This document shows, piece by piece, positions 23,091 to 27,221 of a stretch of DNA of 27,221 nucleotides; position 1 is the first letter of the stretch, and each line of letters opens with the position of its first letter. The position numbers and the translations under genes were made by a program. The stretch comes from Phycisphaerae bacterium (GTDB taxonomy: Bacteria; Planctomycetota; Phycisphaerae; Sedimentisphaerales; Anaerobacaceae), in assembly GCA_041657685.1 (NCBI GenBank), contig JBBABK010000001.1, positions 6,227 through 33,447 on the forward strand, written 5' to 3'. The notes under the pieces are model-generated. The model ran no database searches, was not told the DNA's origin, and saw only the letters and a program-made list of their open reading frames with translations.

Positions 23091-24137
23091 CTAAAGAATC
23101 AGCATTGCGTCGCCGTAGGAATAAAATCGGTAGCGATTTTCAACGGCGTGGCGATACGCCGAAAGAATATTCTCAAGCCCGGCAAACGCGGCAACCAGCG
23201 CAAGCAGCGTCGAGCGCGGCAGGTGAAAATTCGTAATCATCGCATCGACGATTTTAAATTCATAGCCCGGCAATATGAATATCTCCGTCTCGCCTTCGGA
23301 TGGAGCTATTTGTTTATTATTCGCTGCACTTTCCAGCACTCGAACGCTCGTAGTGCCGACAGCGATAATCCTGCCGCCATTAGATTTTGTTTCGTTGATG
23401 ATTGCGGCATTTTTTCCATCGACGGAAAATTTCTCGCTGTGAATTTTATGTTCTTCGAGCGTCTCGCTTTCGACCGGCTTAAACGTCCCGGCGCCGACGT
23501 GCAGCGTTACGTTCGCGAAATTGACGCCCTTATTTTTTAGCTCACTTATCAATTCATCGGTAAAATGCAGACCCGCCGTCGGTGCCGCGACCGCGCCGCT
23601 GCGATTGGCGTAAACGGTCTGATACCGCTTCTTATCGAGTTGGTCCTGCGTCGCATCGTTATTTCTCTTTATATAAGGCGGCAGCGGCGTAAATCCGATT
23701 CGCTCAAGCACCGCCTCGTAATCGGCTGATTCCACTTTCAAAGTGCATTCGCCGCCCTGTTTTTTTTCAATCAGCTCAGCCTGCGCAAAATCGTTACCGT
23801 CTTTATCTTTGAGAAAAATTCGCTCTCCCGTTTTGATTTTGCCCGCCCCCTTGAGCATTACCAGCCAGCTGCCGTCGGCTGTTTTGTCGAGGAACAGTCC
23901 TTCGAGTTTGGCGCCGGTTTGGCGTCGTGCAAAAAACCGGGCCGGCAGCACCTTTGTATCGTTAATAACCAGGCAGTCGCCTTTTGAGAGGTATTTTGCG
24001 ATTTTGCTGAACCTGCCGTCCTCGAGCGAAGCGTTTTTGCGGTTCAAAACCAGCAGCTTCGATTCGCTTCGCACGTCCGCCGGCTGCTGAGCAATCAGTT
24101 CGGCAGGCAGTTCATAATGAAGTTTATCAGTTCGCAT
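23091..24137 (-). CDS. queA: S-adenosylmethionine:tRNA ribosyltransferase-isomerase
   Basis: YELP.ELIAQ.P, NDTKVLPAR, PLPPYIKR, YQTVYA...GAVAAPTAGLHFT, TLHVGAGTFKPV, VGTTSVRVLE, TNFHLPRSTL, RFYSYGDAM. Confidence 0.98.
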   Translation of the reverse strand: MRTDKLHYELPAELIAQQPADVRSESKLLVLNRKNASLEDGRFSKIAKYLSKGDCLVINDTKVLPARFFARRQTGAKLEGLFLDKTADGSWLVMLKGAGKIKTGERIFLKDKDGNDFAQAELIEKKQGGECTLKVESADYEAVLERIGFTPLPPYIKRNNDATQDQLDKKRYQTVYANRSGAVAAPTAGLHFTDELISELKNKGVNFANVTLHVGAGTFKPVESETLEEHKIHSEKFSVDGKNAAIINETKSNGGRIIAVGTTSVRVLESAANNKQIAPSEGETEIFILPGYEFKIVDAMITNFHLPRSTLLALVAAFAGLENILSAYRHAVENRYRFYSYGDAMLIL

Positions 24138-24289
24138 ACACAGAAGTTATCAGACTATTGCCTCGCAGCCAAAAAAAATTTCACGCACTATTTTTCAGAA
24201 AACCACGTTGGCGAAAATACCTGCAAAGTTCGACCGACCCAAAACCGATTTCAATCGTAGATATTAACAGCTACTATGGAGCATCGATT

Positions 24290-24484
24290 ATGGTTTCGCG
24301 AGATGATTTCGAACAAGCCGCCAGCGCAATAGCACAACTCAACCGCGAAGAATTAGCCAGCCGAATCAAACACTTCCAGGGCCGATTCAAACTCGACTTC
24401 CCGCAGGAATTTCTCAGTTCGCAACCCGTTGACCGTCTTCGCCACATACTTCTCGCGGCCGTTATGACCAAAAAGAAGAACTAA
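24290..24484 (+). CDS. Small hypothetical protein (64 aa)
   Basis: GGAG RBS at 24278-24281 before ATG 24290. MVSRDDFEQAA..I..LNREEL..RI..F.GRFKLDF...FL....DRLRHILLAA. Confidence 0.7.
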   Translation: MVSRDDFEQAASAIAQLNREELASRIKHFQGRFKLDFPQEFLSSQPVDRLRHILLAAVMTKKKN

Positions 24485-24505
24485 CCGGCCGCGTTTCGCA
24501 GCCGT

Positions 24506-26173
24506 TTACCATTTCAGGACCGCACCGGTATCGGCGCTTGTTGCCATCGAAGCATATTTTGATAAATAACCCTTTGTAATCCTCGGCGGTCGAGCCTTAA
24601 AATTCTTTTTCCGCTCGGCAAGCTGCTCATCGGTCAATTTGACGTTTATTTTGTTGGCCGGTATATCGATTTCGATAATGTCGCCGTTTTTCAGCAGGCC
24701 GATTGGTCCGCCGACTGCCGCTTCGGGACTGACGTGTCCGATGCAAGCGCCGCGAGTTCCGCCGCTGAACCGCCCGTCAGTAATCAGCGCGACCGATTCA
24801 CCGAGTCCCGCGCCCATAATATAGCTGGTCGGGGAAAGCATTTCCTGCATACCCGGCCCGCCTTTCGGCCCTTCATAGCGAATCACAACAACGTCACCGG
24901 CTTTTACCTTGCCGCCGAGGATGCCGTCGCACGCTTCTTCCTGGCTGTCGAATATCACAGCCGGGCCGGTATGCCGCAGCATTTTTTCGGAAACGCCCGC
25001 CGATTTGACGACGCAGCATTTCGGCGCGAGGTTGCCGCTGAGAATCGCGAGTCCCCCGGTTTTGGAATAAGCATTGGCCAGCGGCCTGATGCATTTTTCA
25101 TCTTTGATTTTCGCCGAGGCGATATTCTCGCTGATGGTCTTTCCCGTCACGGTCGGGCAATCGGCATTGACCAGTCCCGGCACCTTGCTGACCTCATTAA
25201 GTATCGCGCTGATTCCGCCGGCCGCGTCAACGTCCTCGATGTGATAACTGCTCGACGGCGAGACCTTGCAGATGTTCGGGCATTTTTTGCTGAGCTGGTT
25301 TATGCGTTCGAGACTGTACTCGATACCGGCCTCGCTCGCAATCGCCAGCGTATGCAGCACTGTATTTGTCGAGCCGCCCATCGCCATATCGAGCGCAAAT
25401 GCGTTGTCCATTGATTTAGTGCTGATGATATCCAGCGGTTTTATGCCCTGCTCAATCAATTTAAGAATCTGCGCACCGGCTCTTTTGTAAAGTTCCTGGC
25501 GCTTGGGGTCCACGGCAAGAACCGTCCCGTTACCCGGCAGGGCCATACCAATCGCTTCGCAAAGGCAGTTCATCGAATTGGCGGTAAACATTCCCGAACA
25601 GCTCCCGCAGCCGGGACAGCCGGTATGCTCTAACTGGTCTAACTGTTGTTCGTCGATATTGCCGGCGTTGAATTGCGCGACGCCTTCGAAGACGCTAATC
25701 AAATCGACGGCCTTACCTTCTTTTGTTTTGCCGGCCGCCATCGGCCCGCCGGAGACAAACAGCGTCGGGACATTAGTACGAACCGCCGCCATCAGCATAC
25801 CGGGTATGATTTTGTCGCAATTCGGAATGCAAATCATCCCGTCGAAGCAGTGCGCGTTTATCATCGTTTCGACCGAGTCGGCCACGATTTCGCGCGACGC
25901 GAGCGAATATTTCATTCCCGTATGACCCATCGCGATGCCGTCGCAAATCGCGATTGTATTAAATTCGAAGGGCACGCCGCCGGCGTCGCGAACTGCCTGC
26001 TTAACGACCTTTGCCACTTCGTTAAGATGTACGTGGCCCGGCACGACCTCGCAAAAACTATTGGCAATAGCGACAAAGGGCTTACCCATATCGCTGTCGG
26101 AAAGCCCGCAGGCGTGAAGCAGCGCGCGATGCGGAGCCCGCTGAAAACCTTTTTTGACCATATCACTTCGCAT
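24506..26173 (-). CDS. ilvD: Dihydroxy-acid dehydratase
   Basis: [10 protein letters not shown]...[95 protein letters not shown]. Confidence 0.98.
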   Translation of the reverse strand: MRSDMVKKGFQRAPHRALLHACGLSDSDMGKPFVAIANSFCEVVPGHVHLNEVAKVVKQAVRDAGGVPFEFNTIAICDGIAMGHTGMKYSLASREIVADSVETMINAHCFDGMICIPNCDKIIPGMLMAAVRTNVPTLFVSGGPMAAGKTKEGKAVDLISVFEGVAQFNAGNIDEQQLDQLEHTGCPGCGSCSGMFTANSMNCLCEAIGMALPGNGTVLAVDPKRQELYKRAGAQILKLIEQGIKPLDIISTKSMDNAFALDMAMGGSTNTVLHTLAIASEAGIEYSLERINQLSKKCPNICKVSPSSSYHIEDVDAAGGISAILNEVSKVPGLVNADCPTVTGKTISENIASAKIKDEKCIRPLANAYSKTGGLAILSGNLAPKCCVVKSAGVSEKMLRHTGPAVIFDSQEEACDGILGGKVKAGDVVVIRYEGPKGGPGMQEMLSPTSYIMGAGLGESVALITDGRFSGGTRGACIGHVSPEAAVGGPIGLLKNGDIIEIDIPANKINVKLTDEQLAERKKNFKARPPRITKGYLSKYASMATSADTGAVLKW

Positions 26174-26309
26174 AGAATTCCTTTCTGTTTCAACATCTCA
26201 AACGGCTTATTCTAACGTTTTTGCCACCCTCGTTAAAGGGAAAATCGCCTTGTCTTGAGCCGTACCCGCTGTATAATTGGGCCGTAAACGAAATAATTGG
26301 AGTCGCAAA

Positions 26310-27221
26310 ATGCAATTGTCGAAATTATACGCAATAGTATACGTCGTCGGTCTTGTGATGTTGATTACCGCTGGCTGCGTGGAGCGAGCCGATACCGCGC
26401 CGAAAGGGCCGGCTGTTTTTCTCACCGTCGATTTTCAGCAGGGCCAAACGCTGAGCTATAAGTTTGTTTCGGAACGTAAAATCCTGACGAACTGGTCGCC
26501 CGACAAAAACGACCCCAAAGGAATAAAGGAATCCGTCGAATCGGTCGAAACCGTCGTCGATTACGAACCGCTCGAAGTAAATCCATTCGGCTTATCAAAA
26601 ATCAAGGCAACTTTCAGAACCGTCGAATCCAAAATGACCGGCACCCGCGGCAAGCACACCGACGCGGTCGATAAACTTAAAGGCAAAAGCTATACGTTCA
26701 CCGTCGGGCCGGACGGCAAAATCAAAAACCGCGATGAGCTTATGGCGATACTTAAAGACGCTGCGCAATCCGCTTTCAGAGATTCCACCAAGGAGCCTGA
26801 TTTACTCGACGACGTGCTCGTCACGCAGTGGTACCTGTGGGACGCGATTACAAGCATCGAAAAGCCGGCACAGGGAATTAAGGTCGGCCAAACTTGGAAA
26901 TCGAATTTAATGATTCCAACTTCTATGGTGCTTCGTGTAGCCCGCGACGTTACATACATACTCGCTGAAGTTCGCCAAACCGAAACCGGCGCGGTCGCCG
27001 TGTTCGACAGCACGTATTCCAAATCCGAAACCAAACCTGACGCGCCGCTGCCTTATGATAAAAGTTTTCGGCTGGCGGGCACGTTCGGATTTTTCCGCGC
27101 GATGTTCAAAGGCTTCAGCATTACCAGCCTCGAAGGGCAGGGACAGGAATTATTCGATATCAATAGCGGCAGGATTATCTCGGGTGAGCAGAATTATAAA
27201 TTTACATTGAAACCCAACGAA
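26310..27221 (+). CDS. Putative lipoprotein, beta-rich (3' truncated by window edge)
   Basis: Open frame from ATG 26310 (GGAG at 26299-26302) to the window end. Signal peptide with lipobox TAGC. Motifs IKVGQTW and G...FDINSG.I. Absent from the ORF track because it has no stop codon in the window. Confidence 0.8.
   Translation, partial: MQLSKLYAIVYVVGLVMLITAGCVERADTAPKGPAVFLTVDFQQGQTLSYKFVSERKILTNWSPDKNDPKGIKESVESVETVVDYEPLEVNPFGLSKIKATFRTVESKMTGTRGKHTDAVDKLKGKSYTFTVGPDGKIKNRDELMAILKDAAQSAFRDSTKEPDLLDDVLVTQWYLWDAITSIEKPAQGIKVGQTWKSNLMIPTSMVLRVARDVTYILAEVRQTETGAVAVFDSTYSKSETKPDAPLPYDKSFRLAGTFGFFRAMFKGFSITSLEGQGQELFDINSGRIISGEQNYKFTLKPNE

Noticed and set aside
24209-24226. Sigma-54-like TGGCGAAAATACCTGCA
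   Set aside because: GG-to-GC spacing is one base too long, and sigma-54 spacing is strict.
24158-24289. Longer 108-aa version of the small ORF
   Set aside because: It starts at TTG only 20 bp from the divergent queA start, leaving no promoter room. GGAG supports ATG 24290.
1-27221. tRNA, rRNA, prophage or defence genes
   Set aside because: No cloverleaf, rRNA-like stretch, or phage or defence motif was recognised by eye. tRNAscan-SE, Infernal and DefenseFinder would confirm.

Overview
A 27.2 kb, mostly housekeeping bacterial chromosomal segment read in the standard genetic code. It is probably from Planctomycetota (Phycisphaerae/Sedimentisphaerales-like); this is inferred from the prepilin H-X9-DG protein, the DUF2617-like gene and the eukaryote-type UDP-GlcNAc pyrophosphorylase. 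Gene order: ndk-like (5' partial), pgk, rpe, accD, alkaline phosphatase (-), LEA/WHy lipoprotein, ogt (-), pheA, tpiA, secG, yicC, gmk, rpoZ, split coaC/coaB, prepilin-type protein (-), UDPGP-family pyrophosphorylase, three hypotheticals, DUF2617-like (-), CPBP protease (-), HhH-GPD glycosylase, pyrG (-), a low-GC orphan ORF (-), kdsB (-), queA (-), a small hypothetical, ilvD (-) and a 3'-partial lipoprotein. I found no rRNA, tRNA, CRISPR array, transposase or integrase. Most notable observations: (1) short-period (7-10 bp) degenerate tandem repeats and small hairpin modules sit at many gene junctions, are translated in-frame inside kdsB and at the end of ogt, and form nested inverted repeats around an orphan ORF that splits kdsB-pyrG, which suggests a non-autonomous repeat-bounded cassette system; (2) an in-frame UGA in the pyrophosphorylase gene, 33 codons before its apparent natural end, followed by a SECIS-like hairpin; (3) a CTP synthase whose glutaminase triad reads His-Pro-Cys instead of His-Pro-Glu; (4) a multi-stem candidate RNA leader upstream of the prepilin gene; (5) a consensus sigma-54 promoter on a small hypothetical gene.
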